Assembly (NCBI GenBank): GCA_029856365.1
Contig: JAHQWW010000030.1
Span: 1-31,968, forward strand
Length of the DNA: 31,968 nucleotides
Source of the DNA: Candidatus Hodarchaeota archaeon
Lineage (GTDB): Archaea > Asgardarchaeota > Heimdallarchaeia > Hodarchaeales > Hodarchaeaceae
Direction: 5' to 3'
A program made the translations under genes and the position numbers. The notes below the pieces were generated by a model, which was not told the DNA's origin, searched no databases, and saw only the letters and a list, made by a program, of their open reading frames with translations. Below, piece by piece: positions 17,810-28,485 of the stretch; within the stretch, counting starts at the first letter, position 1, and the number at the start of each line of letters is the position of its first letter.

Positions 17810-18475
17810 TTGATTCAAACTAATCTACAAATAAGTTCGAAAGACTATTATTTATGTGAATTGACGAAGAAAATACCTGTGAAGGTAACTATTGTAACAA
17901 TCAGGTTACCAGAGGGGTACGGATTACTAGAGGCTCTCGAGGGGGGTGAAGAAATCATCCAATTATATGTTGATAATGTTAGAACATCTGATAGTGTTCT
18001 TGAGTTTGAAGTAACATATTCCTCGCCAAATGTTTATTGGACACGTTCTGTGCATAATCTTGATTTCCCATCTATTTATGAAACCATTCTAGAAAGCGGT
18101 AGTATGTCACTTCTTCCAATCATCATTAAGAAAGGGATTCAATATCATACCGTGTATTCCCCTTCTCGTAATGCACTTAAAAAACTCTTAGAAATGCTAA
18201 AGTCAAGATTTACCACTGTAAATATAGTTTCATTGAGGTCTACACCTCTCAAATCCGAAGAAAAGCTTCTCACACCAAAGCAACAAGAAGCTTTCAGGCT
18301 TGCATACAATAAAGGTTATTATGAAATCCCCAGGCGATTAAGAATAAATATCGAGACCTTGGCACGACAACTCGGTATCAAGCGAGTTGCAATGCAAGAA
18401 CGATTAAGACGCGCCGAATTCCGAATTTTAACAGATTATGTCAAAAGAAATTCACAATACGAAATCGGAGAATGA
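17810..18475 (+). CDS. Bat-type (HTH-10) archaeal transcriptional regulator
   Basis: C-terminal LTPKQQEAFRLAYNKGYYEIPR...LARQLGI...ERLRRAE. Confidence 0.9.
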   Translation: MIQTNLQISSKDYYLCELTKKIPVKVTIVTIRLPEGYGLLEALEGGEEIIQLYVDNVRTSDSVLEFEVTYSSPNVYWTRSVHNLDFPSIYETILESGSMSLLPIIIKKGIQYHTVYSPSRNALKKLLEMLKSRFTTVNIVSLRSTPLKSEEKLLTPKQQEAFRLAYNKGYYEIPRRLRINIETLARQLGIKRVAMQERLRRAEFRILTDYVKRNSQYEIGE

Positions 18476-18708
18476 ATCATTTGAAACCATATGGTTTTTT
18501 CTAATGAAAAAATAGCTTAAAAATACAGGATACAACCCACAGACAGGATATTAATGAATCCCAGTAACATGTTTGATTATTTTCTTTTTTAAGCTGGAAT
18601 TTAGTCTTTAATCGCTCTAGACTTGAGGAAAGATTCCACTATCCAACGTTATTTATAAACCTAATAGTCTTTTTGAATCAAATCAGATGAATTAGAGGAA
18701 ACCCATAT

Positions 18709-19863
18709 ATGCCAAGATTCTGCTCAAAATGTGGTGGGAGAGTTGTTGAGGATTCGATCTTTTGTGAATACTGTGGAAACAAACTAAGACCCCCACAAAT
18801 TTCCCCAAGAAGCTTCTCTCCTTCCATGGGGGACTCTTCAAGTAGGCCAGTCTTTAGTTCATACAACAAGACCACAGTACCATCAAGCTCACCGAGGTAT
18901 CATAGATCTTATCACAGATCTTCCTCACAAGGGATAAAGTGGTTGTTCATAGGAGTCTTTGTTATAGCAGTAGTAGGTTTTGCGGCAATAGCATTTTTAG
19001 TGTGTATTTTCCCAATTGCTTTTGATAGAATTGTTGATGAACATGATTATATTGGGAATAGAACATTCTCCATTAATGGTTTCACAAACAGATCAAATTT
19101 GGAACTAGAAATTGATAACTCAGTCGGTGCAGTAAATATTGAGATCTTAAATCTCTCTAACTTAATGGAGGCACAAATTTCAGTTTATGCGCAAGAAGGA
19201 CATTCTCTCCAAGATGCAAACACCTTTGAGATTATTCAATATGACGATCTTCATTATGTCTCGTTTGATTCTAGTTCAAGATCATCCTGGGAAAATCCTT
19301 ATTATTATGAGCTTGAAATAACAATATCTAACCTTGTGACAACAGCACTTGATGTAGACGTTTCTACTGGGTCAATCTCTGTAGAAGCTTACGAGAGTAA
19401 TATTTCACGATTGTCACTGGAAACTAGCACAGGAAGCATTACCTCTGAGTTTGATAATGTGTTCTTTGACGCTTCGAATAACCTAACGATGCACACTTCT
19501 ACTGGTTCTATTCAGACGTCGTTCAATAATATAAATTATTCTTCTGACGAAGTAGAATGGATACTTGATACTTCCACTGGATCTATTGATTTTGATATCC
19601 TTCAGGAAATAGTATTCAACAACACACAGGTTAATTATCTTGTAGACACTTCTACAGGGAGTATAAATTTCCGTCACTCTATTCACCTTGCGATAGGTCT
19701 TTTATATCATGCTGATGTATCAACAGGTACAATATACACTTCTGGGCAATCCATCGAAGATTATTATACCTATAAAAGTGAAAATTATGATTCAAGTTCT
19801 ATGAAGTATTACTTATCAATGGGCACTTCTACAGGGAGTATATCGATCAGCTCTTTTCGCTAA
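18709..19863 (+). CDS. Zinc-ribbon + single TM + DUF4097/adhesin-like beta-repeat membrane protein
   Basis: FCSKCG...FCEYCG, S/P/R-rich linker, TM segment WLFIGVFVIAVVGFAAIAFLVCIF, and seven (T/V)STG(S/T)I repeats. Confidence 0.85.
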   Translation: MPRFCSKCGGRVVEDSIFCEYCGNKLRPPQISPRSFSPSMGDSSSRPVFSSYNKTTVPSSSPRYHRSYHRSSSQGIKWLFIGVFVIAVVGFAAIAFLVCIFPIAFDRIVDEHDYIGNRTFSINGFTNRSNLELEIDNSVGAVNIEILNLSNLMEAQISVYAQEGHSLQDANTFEIIQYDDLHYVSFDSSSRSSWENPYYYELEITISNLVTTALDVDVSTGSISVEAYESNISRLSLETSTGSITSEFDNVFFDASNNLTMHTSTGSIQTSFNNINYSSDEVEWILDTSTGSIDFDILQEIVFNNTQVNYLVDTSTGSINFRHSIHLAIGLLYHADVSTGTIYTSGQSIEDYYTYKSENYDSSSMKYYLSMGTSTGSISISSFR

Positions 19864-19872
19864 AGTAGACGA

Positions 19873-19904
19873 TTCCCCTTCCCCTTCTTCCTTTTTCTTC
19901 TTTT
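19873..19904 (+). terminator. Pyrimidine/T-rich tract after gene end, candidate archaeal terminator
   Basis: TTCCCCTTCCCCTTCTTCCTTTTTCTTCTTTT starts 10 nt after the stop at 19863. Confidence 0.4.
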
Positions 19905-20063
19905 ATATATGTATGACTCGATGATGAAGAACTCTAATATAGAAAAGAGTGAGGAAACTCTCTAGATCACTCTCTTTTAGATATGCAAATAATTTTTAGA
20001 GAGATTAAAAGAAGATCTTTTTACAAGTATTTTTGGATAAAAATATGTTAATGGTGATAATTT

Positions 20064-20966
20064 TTGACAATCACTCAAGATTTAATTAATGATTCGTTAA
20101 CAGAGTTTATGACTGATCCTTTAGTCGTGTTCACAATATATGTAATACAAGTCTTCTTCATTGTCTTCTGTCTATGGATTCTTTGGGGATTTATACTAAA
20201 TCGAATAAAATCAAACATCTCCCCAGAGCTTCATAATGCACTAAAGACTTTAGGCCGCGCAACTATTCTTTTGTTGGGATTGTTTTGGATAGCAGGTGAA
20301 GAAATTTTTATTGGGGCTGCAGCTCTCCTCGGGACAGCTATTGGTTTTGCTTCCTCTACTACTCTGGGAAATTTTCTTAGTGGATTGTACCTTCTAGTAA
20401 CTAACCCATTCAGTGTCGGAGATTATATAATGCTCCCAGATTTGAAGATTGAAGGGATCGTTGAAGAAATATCAATAAACTACACTAAAATAATAACACC
20501 TCAAGGGATAAATGTGAGTATTAATAACCAAAAAATGTTAGGTACCACTATTCATAATACTAGCATGAAAGTTCCTGTAGAAGCTGTCAATAAAGGAAAA
20601 ATCACATGGAGGGATAAAGAAGGGGATAAATTTGATAATGTTGGAGATGTGGTTGATATTTTAAGAGGAATTCGTGCAAAATATGCTGATAAAGAGCAAG
20701 AGTATTTTCTTTACCCTCTTATTTACAATATCAATCCTGACAAGTATAGACACTCTTTTGCAAAGAAAATATTAAATGAAGCGGCTCAAAAATTCAGTAA
20801 CAGAACTGCAGAGCAAATTACATGGTTTTTAAGTAATAGGTCCTACAATCAATCAGTGTATCAACTTAATTTGATCGTAGAAAATCCTTATACTATTTTT
20901 GATTTATCAAGTGACATATTGGGATTTTTGGAAGAAAAATTAGAAGAAATTCATGAAGGCCAGTAA
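20064..20966 (+). CDS. mscS: Small-conductance mechanosensitive channel family protein
   Basis: GTAIGFASSTTLGNFLSGLYLLVTNPFSVGDYI...EGIVEEISINYTKI. Confidence 0.9.
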   Translation: MTITQDLINDSLTEFMTDPLVVFTIYVIQVFFIVFCLWILWGFILNRIKSNISPELHNALKTLGRATILLLGLFWIAGEEIFIGAAALLGTAIGFASSTTLGNFLSGLYLLVTNPFSVGDYIMLPDLKIEGIVEEISINYTKIITPQGINVSINNQKMLGTTIHNTSMKVPVEAVNKGKITWRDKEGDKFDNVGDVVDILRGIRAKYADKEQEYFLYPLIYNINPDKYRHSFAKKILNEAAQKFSNRTAEQITWFLSNRSYNQSVYQLNLIVENPYTIFDLSSDILGFLEEKLEEIHEGQ

Positions 20967-20974
20967 TAATAAGG

Positions 20975-21766
20975 ATGTCGACTCAAAATTCCTCCAATGT
21001 GGTAATCATGTATGAAATGGAACTTTTAATTGTCTTCTACGGTGTGCTTGCAGGACTAGCAACTCTTTTTGGTATTTATGTGATTAGAAGAAACCATGAA
21101 TGGGCCCTCAAAAACTCTCACTACGTCAACTCATTTGCAGCTGGATTAATCTTAGCTTTAGTATTTTTTCATCTAATGCCCGAAGCAATTGAGCTCTCTG
21201 AATTAGCATTCTATCCAGCGATTTTCATTGGATTTTTTACTTTTTATCTGTTTGAAAATTTTATTGTGATTCATTCCGGGAGTGAAATTCATTATTGTCT
21301 TGATGAGGGTGAAGATGGAGTACACCATACATCTCGAATTGGAGTAATGGCGTTTTCTGGTCTAGCTTTTCATTCCCTAATTGATGGCATTATTATTGGT
21401 GTAGGATTTGAGCTAAGTACAGAGATAGGATTTCTAGCTGCTATGGCCGTGATTCTTCATGAGATGCCAGAAGGGGTAACTTCTTTTGCTATCATTAATG
21501 AAGTAATGCCAGATAAATCGAAAATCTTATCCGTGGTTGTAGCTATTGCAACACCATTTGGAGCATTATTTTCATTGTTATTTATTAGAGATTTATCAGA
21601 ACTTTTGATCGGAATCCTTTTGGCATTGGCTGCTGGCACGTTTATTTATGTGGCGGCCTCAGATTTAATTCCACAAACTCATGAAAAGAATAATCTTCAG
21701 AATTTAATCGCTTTCATTGTAGGAGCATTCTTTATATATGTGATTTCATTGGTTTTTAATACTTGA
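20975..21766 (+). CDS. ZIP family metal transporter
   Basis: FFHLMPEA, FHSLIDG, ILHEMPEG, ATPFGA, AGTFIYVAASDLIP. Confidence 0.93.
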   Translation: MSTQNSSNVVIMYEMELLIVFYGVLAGLATLFGIYVIRRNHEWALKNSHYVNSFAAGLILALVFFHLMPEAIELSELAFYPAIFIGFFTFYLFENFIVIHSGSEIHYCLDEGEDGVHHTSRIGVMAFSGLAFHSLIDGIIIGVGFELSTEIGFLAAMAVILHEMPEGVTSFAIINEVMPDKSKILSVVVAIATPFGALFSLLFIRDLSELLIGILLALAAGTFIYVAASDLIPQTHEKNNLQNLIAFIVGAFFIYVISLVFNT

Positions 21767-21813
21767 TAGTACAACGATAGAGTATTTGAATTGAAAATAT
21801 GGGGGAACGTAAT

Positions 21814-21930
21814 ATGAAAATCGGTGTGATTTCAAATATACATTCAAATTATTATGCGTTGAAAACCGTTTTGGAATCTTTAAATAGAAAAATTTCTCAA
21901 AAAAACGATCTACTTCTTAAAATGACCTAG
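21814..21930 (+). pseudogene. 5' remnant of a calcineurin-like metallophosphoesterase gene
   Basis: Manual translation MKIGVISNIHSNYYALKTVLESLNRKISQKNDLLLKMT* matches the family start MKIxxISDIHSNxxALxxVL. The metal-ligand Asp is replaced by Asn and the ORF is truncated at 38 aa. GGGGG RBS upstream. Confidence 0.7.
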
Positions 21931-21965
21931 GATTTCTATCTGAAGATTCTAAGGGGTAATAAAGC

Positions 21966-22391
21966 TTAAACTCTGCACCAGGCGGCCGGGTCAGCATCAA
22001 GGTCTTTTTGAGCTACTGCTTCAATGATCAAAGGGATAACTGCCTCTCTTAATTGGTTTACGGGTTGTTTTAATCCTGATAAGTCTTCTTGTTCAAGTTC
22101 AATTCCAAGATTTTTAAGAACTTTGAGGGAGAAAAGGAGTTGGTAGCGAAGAATTTCACACCCCTGACAAGCTTCCTTTTCTAATTTTTCAGAAGCAAAT
22201 CTCACATTTTCAGCTAAAGTACGAACCAATTGACGACGATCCCATTCTCTAGCCTTTTTAAAGTTTACACAATCATTGCAAACTGCCAATGATTGATCAT
22301 AACAATGTAGACAGATAGCTCGCTTGCATCGAAGGCAAAAAAGTGTCGCCAATTCTTTTTCACATTTTTCACATTTCAGGATACTCACCAT
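21966..22391 (-). CDS. B-box-like zinc-finger protein with helical C-terminus
   Basis: CEKC-x8-CLRC-x4-CLHC-x7-CNDC, plus CQGC. GAGG RBS upstream. Confidence 0.7.
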   Translation of the reverse strand: MVSILKCEKCEKELATLFCLRCKRAICLHCYDQSLAVCNDCVNFKKAREWDRRQLVRTLAENVRFASEKLEKEACQGCEILRYQLLFSLKVLKNLGIELEQEDLSGLKQPVNQLREAVIPLIIEAVAQKDLDADPAAWCRV

Positions 22392-22559
22392 TTACCTCGT
22401 TAATCATTCTTAAAAGAGGAATAACAAAAAAGCTTTTCCTATAAACAAAACAAAAAATTAAATATTAGGTTCGTTAAGGCTGAAACAGTTAAATTTTCTC
22501 TTATTAAGAGAAAAAGAACTTAAAAATCGATTCATGAAAGAAAATTACGAGGTAATTCG

Positions 22560-24368
22560 TTGCATGTATTAAAACATTTGTTTAGCTATGTATTGCAACG
22601 AAAAACTTTAGCTATTGCCGTGATAGTTTTCATATTCATTGCACAAATCGCAGAACTGTCTATACCAATATTAGTTGGAGTTACCATTGACCAGATTCTT
22701 CTGGCATTAGCAGAAGAACGATTTGAAGTAATTATAGTAGTAACAGGTGTCATATTAATTATTATTGCTAGTGTTATTCGTGGATTAACCTATTTTCTGG
22801 GTAGATGGATTGGTTATCTCCAAGGGGAGAAAATAATTTATGATATTAGGAAAGATTTATTCATAAAATATGAGACCTCAAGCCTCATTTTTTTTGACGA
22901 ACATCATACAGGAGATCTCATGGCGCGAGCGACAACAGATTTAGAAATAATCTCCGAATTCTTGGTTTGGGGGGAACGTATTCTATTACAGGCTTTATTA
23001 ACTTATACAGGGATCTATTTGGTTTTATTTTTGATTGATATTCGTCTATTCCTTTTGATAGGTATTATCACTCCGACATTATTCATTCTTTCCTATATTG
23101 TTTCCAAAAAACTCGGCCCATTATTTTTCGATATAAGAGAGCAATACGGGCAATTAACAACTGTGATACAAGAAAATATCGCAGGAATACAAATTGTTAA
23201 AGCATTCAATGCGGAAAATAGAGAAAAAACGAAGTTTGATAAGGAGAATTTCACCTACTTTGATTTAAGGGCCTATGCGTTCAAGATTAGGTCAATATTC
23301 TTACCAATGATACTATTTGTAGTTAATCTCTTAATTACGATTCTAATTTTTGCAGGGGGATTTTTAGTAATTCAGGGGGATATTAGTCCTGGTTTATTGA
23401 TTACTCTCTTTACCTATTTTACAATGCTTGCGATGCCCACTCGATTCTTAGCCTTTTCCCTGATAATGTATCAACGAGTGTCAGCAGCAGGAGATAGAGT
23501 TTTCACGTTGTTAGAATCTCCAACTCAACTCCCAGAAGTTCCAAAAGCAAAAAAAATTATTAAAATGACCCCAACTATTTTTTTTGATAATGTATCCTTT
23601 TCATATGATAGAAGTGAGGTATTATCGAATATATCTTTAACAGTCAATCCTGGAGAAAAAGTAGCGATTCTTGGTCCAACAGGATCAGGAAAGAGTACAA
23701 TAATTTCGTTAATTCCACGATTCTACGATCCAACTAAAGGTAGAATATTGATACAAACTGATCAGGAGTCAATTCATGATTTACGCGATATGGATCTAAA
23801 AGATTGGCGACAGAAGGTTGGCTATGTTCATCAAGAACCATTCCTTTTTGGAAGGACTATTGCTGAAAATATTGCATTTGGGGTACCAGAAACTACAATC
23901 GAAGAAATAAATGAAGTTGTTAGAATAACACAGCTTGAGGATTTTCTCAACAATCTTCCTGATGGATTAGAGACGATTATTGGAGAACGAGGGGTCACTC
24001 TCTCTGGTGGGCAGAAACAACGAGTGGCAATTGCGCGAATGTTATTGAGAAAATGTCCTATCATGATTTTAGATGATGCAACGTCAGCATTAGACATATC
24101 TACGGAAGCTAATTTTCAAGAGGCTTTTAAGAAATATTTAGATAAATCCCAAAGTAAACAGACAGTAATATTCATCACTCAAAGGCTTAGTACGTTAAAA
24201 ATGGTTGATCGAATTATAATTTTGAATCGAGGCCAGATTATTGAACAAGGAACCCATGAGGAACTCCTACAGAAAGGTCAAATTTACCCTCTACTATGGA
24301 AAACTCAGGAAGCGGGCTTAGTTGATATTAAACTAGCATTAGAAAAAATAATCCACGAGAGGAGTTGA
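22560..24368 (+). CDS. Type IV ABC exporter, TMD-NBD subunit with degenerate catalytic residues
   Basis: Walker A GPTGSGKS, signature LSGGQ, Walker B ILDD (Asp for catalytic Glu), switch TQR (Gln for His). Confidence 0.93.
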   Translation: MHVLKHLFSYVLQRKTLAIAVIVFIFIAQIAELSIPILVGVTIDQILLALAEERFEVIIVVTGVILIIIASVIRGLTYFLGRWIGYLQGEKIIYDIRKDLFIKYETSSLIFFDEHHTGDLMARATTDLEIISEFLVWGERILLQALLTYTGIYLVLFLIDIRLFLLIGIITPTLFILSYIVSKKLGPLFFDIREQYGQLTTVIQENIAGIQIVKAFNAENREKTKFDKENFTYFDLRAYAFKIRSIFLPMILFVVNLLITILIFAGGFLVIQGDISPGLLITLFTYFTMLAMPTRFLAFSLIMYQRVSAAGDRVFTLLESPTQLPEVPKAKKIIKMTPTIFFDNVSFSYDRSEVLSNISLTVNPGEKVAILGPTGSGKSTIISLIPRFYDPTKGRILIQTDQESIHDLRDMDLKDWRQKVGYVHQEPFLFGRTIAENIAFGVPETTIEEINEVVRITQLEDFLNNLPDGLETIIGERGVTLSGGQKQRVAIARMLLRKCPIMILDDATSALDISTEANFQEAFKKYLDKSQSKQTVIFITQRLSTLKMVDRIIILNRGQIIEQGTHEELLQKGQIYPLLWKTQEAGLVDIKLALEKIIHERS

Positions 24369-24374
24369 GATGAG

Positions 24375-26150
24375 ATGAGTGATATAGAGGATAGACGCGA
24401 TCGTCTTGAACGTGAATATTCAGATTGGGAATTATTCAAGAGATTGATGGGTTACACCAGACCTCATTTGTTTATCTTCTCTACTGCTTTACTCGCAATG
24501 TTTCTGTCAACAGTTCTTACTGTTATTCAGCCATTGATTCTAGCAATAGCAATAGATGATTACATTTTATCTGGAAATGTAAATGGTTTAGGTTTTGTTA
24601 CAACGATTTACTTTGTTGTTACAGTTATATCATTCCTATTGAATGTTATTGCTAGCTATTTCACAACTATTACTGGAATACGTATTATCACACAAATCAG
24701 ACAAGAAGCTTTCTATCAGCTCCAGGATCTAAGCATGGATTTTTACGATAGAGAAGCTACAGGAAGAATTGTTTCAAGGGTCACAAATGATGTCGAAAGA
24801 TTGCTTAATCTGCTATCAACAGGGATTATTGATGCTATTGTTAATATTATGTTCATAGGTTTGTTGTTTTTTATTCTAATATATCTAGATTTGCGATTGA
24901 CGGTTGCGGTTCTTATTATTTTCCCAATTTTAGCTATTTTCACTGTATATTTTAGAGTCAAGGCACGGGAAGCTTGGCAGCAAACAAGAAGAACAATCGC
25001 AAAAGTAACTGGATATTACCAAGAAGCTATCTCTGGCATTGAAGTATCAAAAGCTTTTGCTGCAGAAGATTTTATGACGAATGAATTTGATCTATTAAAT
25101 CTAGAAAATTATCAGGCGCGGATTAAGGCTCTTATCTTATTTGCAGTTATGTTTCCAGTTATGGATATGATTCTAGCATTAGGAACAGCATTGGTGTTAA
25201 CCATTGGAGGGATTTCAATTGGAACTGAAACAATGACGGTGGGTGTGCTTGTTGCATTTCTTTCTTATTTAGGAAGAATATCTCAACCGATAATGACTCT
25301 TTCAAACTTTTACAACAATCTATTATCTTCAATGGCTGCTACTGAACGTATATTTGATATCTTAGATAGAACTCCAAGTGTTATTCCCAGAGATAACAAG
25401 AAATTAAGGAATGTAAAAGGTGCTATTGAATTCAAAGATTTAATATTTGCTTATGATCATAAAACTGGACCAATTATTTCAAACTTTTCATTACACATCC
25501 CCTCAAATTCATCAATAGCCTTAGTAGGACATACTGGTGCGGGAAAAACTACTATTACTAACCTTTTATGTCGTTTCTATGATTTTCAAGAGGGTAAAAT
25601 CCTCCTCGATGGAATTGACATTAGGGAAGTTTATTTAGATAATTACCGTCAATGGCTTTCAATTATTCCTCAAGACTCTTTTCTTTTTTCAGGAACCATC
25701 CGTGAAAACCTTCTCTATGGTAAACCTGAAGCAACTGACGAAGAGCTAGAACAAATTCTCCTGAAAGTAGGCGCATTTGATTTTGTAATGGCGAAAGGAT
25801 TAGATACTGATGTGGGAGAACGAGGAGCACGATTATCCATGGGTGAACGGCAATTAATTTGTTTTGCTCGTGCTATCTTGTCTGATCCAAAAATTCTTTT
25901 ATTAGATGAAGCTACATCATCTGTGGACGCTCATACAGAATTGGTCATTCAGCAAAGTATGCATCATATTATTGAAAATCGGACTGCAATAATCATTGCT
26001 CATCGTTTAAGCACTATTCGGTCAGCAGATAGAATTATTGTCTTGGAAAATGGAGAAATCAAAGAAACGGGGACATTTCAAGAACTCATTAATATGAAAG
26101 GAATTTTTACTGATTTATACAAAAAGCAATTTGCTGGTCAAGCAATTTGA
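24375..26150 (+). CDS. Type IV ABC exporter, TMD-NBD partner subunit
   Basis: GHTGAGKT, non-canonical signature LSMGE, Walker B LLDE, switch AHR. The pair has a TM287/288-type asymmetric heterodimer arrangement. Confidence 0.93.
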   Translation: MSDIEDRRDRLEREYSDWELFKRLMGYTRPHLFIFSTALLAMFLSTVLTVIQPLILAIAIDDYILSGNVNGLGFVTTIYFVVTVISFLLNVIASYFTTITGIRIITQIRQEAFYQLQDLSMDFYDREATGRIVSRVTNDVERLLNLLSTGIIDAIVNIMFIGLLFFILIYLDLRLTVAVLIIFPILAIFTVYFRVKAREAWQQTRRTIAKVTGYYQEAISGIEVSKAFAAEDFMTNEFDLLNLENYQARIKALILFAVMFPVMDMILALGTALVLTIGGISIGTETMTVGVLVAFLSYLGRISQPIMTLSNFYNNLLSSMAATERIFDILDRTPSVIPRDNKKLRNVKGAIEFKDLIFAYDHKTGPIISNFSLHIPSNSSIALVGHTGAGKTTITNLLCRFYDFQEGKILLDGIDIREVYLDNYRQWLSIIPQDSFLFSGTIRENLLYGKPEATDEELEQILLKVGAFDFVMAKGLDTDVGERGARLSMGERQLICFARAILSDPKILLLDEATSSVDAHTELVIQQSMHHIIENRTAIIIAHRLSTIRSADRIIVLENGEIKETGTFQELINMKGIFTDLYKKQFAGQAI

Positions 26151-26326
26151 GTATAATAGTGAATTAAAGCTAGTTGATGAACTCCTGTGAATAAAATTGA
26201 TATATCTTCTATTAATTTTAATAAACTACATATAAACAATCTGAAAATTCTCCAATCGTACTTTAAATGACTCTATTTCTAATCTATATTTAATAGGGGA
26301 TGATATTGCAATGAGGTACTATTAGA

Positions 26327-27691
26327 ATGACTGAAGATTCGTTGTGTACAGAAGAGATGTCCCCTATAAATCCAAATGAGTCTACTTCAACCTCCTCCAG
26401 TGATTTGCGTGAGAAATTTCCCATTTGGGGGACAAGTATTGGTTATGCTACAGGTAGATCATCCATTTTTGTGTATTTATCTTACCTTGGCGTTATTCTA
26501 GGAGCTACTCCTTTAGAACAATCTATCCTAACATCAGTTAGGAATTTGGGCTCCAATGTTTTCCAAGGAGTTTGGGGATGGCTATCCGACCTTCGAGGAA
26601 GGAAGCTTGTCATCGTTATTGGACTTTCAACACTTGCACTTACCTGTGTATTGACACCATTTGTACGAAATCCAATAGACCTTGTAATAATATCATTGAT
26701 TATGACAAGTATTGGATTTAGCATCATTCCTGCATGGAATGCCTTCCTTGGGGATTACAGTTCTGAACAAGATAGAGCCTCGTTTATTGGGAAAATCAAC
26801 TCAATAGGGACTATGAGCTCAATCTTTTTGATCTTAACTATGGGTATATTGATGGAATTGAGTCCATTTCCTTTTCCCAGCATCCCTAAAGACTATGAGT
26901 TAAGTAAACCAGTCTTTTTTATCCCATTTTTCTCTGCCGCATTAATTTTTGGATTTACAATCGTAATTTCCCATTTTCTGATAGAAAAGTATGATGTTCG
27001 GAAAAGAATAGTCATTGATGAGGAATTTCATCCGTCATGGAGAACTTTAATCAATCGAAATCAACCTTTTCGTCGTCTTTTACCTATTAGTACATTCTTC
27101 TCTTTTGCTATGAGCACTGCTTGGCCTATTTTTCCCTTTGTTACCTTAAGGGTTGCAGACTCATGGCTTAGTGTTTCAATACTATGGGTTCTGTTTAACA
27201 TACCTCGGGGATTAGGTCAGAATATCGGTGGCCGTTTGGCTGATGAAGTTTTTAATAAAAAAATTGTTATCTTGTTTTCTAGGTTAGGCTATACTACTGT
27301 TCCTATAGGTTATGCAATTGGGCTTGTTACTGGAAATGTCTGGTTTCTAGTGTTAGCGAATATTCTTGGCGGTCTAGCGTTTGGTGCTGAAGATACCAGT
27401 GTTGCTACGTATTCTTTGGATTGTTCAACCGAGGAGACCAAAGGTAGATATTATTCCATATTATTGACTGCAGGAGGAATTAGTGCTTTTGTGGGGTCAT
27501 TATTTGCTGGGTTCATCATGGATATATGGTTACGAATTGCTGGTATCAATTACAATAGCGCAGATTTTAACGTTGTTCTCTTTTTTATGCTAATAATGAT
27601 CACTATCTTAAGATTTGTGTCAGCTAGTTTACATAAATTTATATATTCAAATCCTTTAGATTTTGAATTAAATCAATTAGCCTCCCCATAG
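26327..27691 (+). CDS. MFS transporter
   Basis: WGWLSDLRGRK, GGRLADEVFNKK, about 12 TM segments. Confidence 0.9.
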   Translation: MTEDSLCTEEMSPINPNESTSTSSSDLREKFPIWGTSIGYATGRSSIFVYLSYLGVILGATPLEQSILTSVRNLGSNVFQGVWGWLSDLRGRKLVIVIGLSTLALTCVLTPFVRNPIDLVIISLIMTSIGFSIIPAWNAFLGDYSSEQDRASFIGKINSIGTMSSIFLILTMGILMELSPFPFPSIPKDYELSKPVFFIPFFSAALIFGFTIVISHFLIEKYDVRKRIVIDEEFHPSWRTLINRNQPFRRLLPISTFFSFAMSTAWPIFPFVTLRVADSWLSVSILWVLFNIPRGLGQNIGGRLADEVFNKKIVILFSRLGYTTVPIGYAIGLVTGNVWFLVLANILGGLAFGAEDTSVATYSLDCSTEETKGRYYSILLTAGGISAFVGSLFAGFIMDIWLRIAGINYNSADFNVVLFFMLIMITILRFVSASLHKFIYSNPLDFELNQLASP

Positions 27692-27858
27692 TGATTTCAC
27701 AGAATCATTTGACTTCTTGTTATTATGAGTAGTTTCGAAGCTATTTCTGGGTGAGAGTGCTGTTACTTGCATAATATGGTGCCATATCAATCTGGAGTAG
27801 AAAGAAGAGGTAACCAACCTATTCAACATTGAGATGTTTGATTGGAGGATATATAAGT

Positions 27859-28473
27859 ATGAGTATCCTTTCGAGGATCTTTGCGCGAAGTCGTAAATCA
27901 AAATTAACCATTGGGATTTTAGGAGCCCCAAACGCTGGAAAAACAACATTAGCAAACAGAATTTCAAATGAATGTGGGAATGGAACCCCTCTTGGAGAAG
28001 TTAGTCCAATCCCTCATGAAACACGAGATGTGGTAGCACTAGAACATTGTACGGTTTCAGATCAGAGCGGATCACTTGATCTAACTGTTGTTGATACCCC
28101 TGGCATTGCTACATCAGTTGATTATCGGGAGTTTCAGACATATGGTTTGTCACGACAGGAGAGTATAGAGCGAGCCAAAGAAGCTACTAGGGGAGTGATT
28201 AAAGCCATTCAATCTCTTGACAGGTTGGATGCCGCTATAGTAGTTGTTGACGCTGCAAGAGCACCATTTGACCAGATCAATTGGACTGTACTTGGTAATT
28301 TAGAAGCAAGGAAAATTCCACTAATTGTTGCTGCTAACAAAACGGATCTCCCTGAAGCTAATACTACGCTGGTGGCAGAAACTTTCCAAAGTGAAATCAT
28401 TCCCATTTCAGCTAAGGAAGGCAGTGGAATGAATGAACTCTATGGAAGCATTCTATCTATAGCCAGTATGTAG
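27859..28473 (+). CDS. oapA: Archaeal Era-like GTP-binding protein (OapA family)
   Basis: GAPNAGKTTLANRI, IPHETR, DTPG, ERAKEATRGVIKAI, ANKTD, ISAKEG. ATG 27859 with GGAGG upstream. Confidence 0.85.
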   Translation: MSILSRIFARSRKSKLTIGILGAPNAGKTTLANRISNECGNGTPLGEVSPIPHETRDVVALEHCTVSDQSGSLDLTVVDTPGIATSVDYREFQTYGLSRQESIERAKEATRGVIKAIQSLDRLDAAIVVVDAARAPFDQINWTVLGNLEARKIPLIVAANKTDLPEANTTLVAETFQSEIIPISAKEGSGMNELYGSILSIASM

Positions 28474-28485
28474 GTGAGATCAAGC

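Noticed and set aside
19360-19845. Recurrent ACTTCTAC(T/A)GG DNA repeats as a CRISPR-like array
   Set aside because: They are codons for TSTGS protein repeats inside a CDS, too short and irregular for CRISPR.
22560-26150. Degenerate ABC motifs as a sign of pseudogenisation or novelty
   Set aside because: This is the standard asymmetric consensus/degenerate arrangement of heterodimeric exporters.
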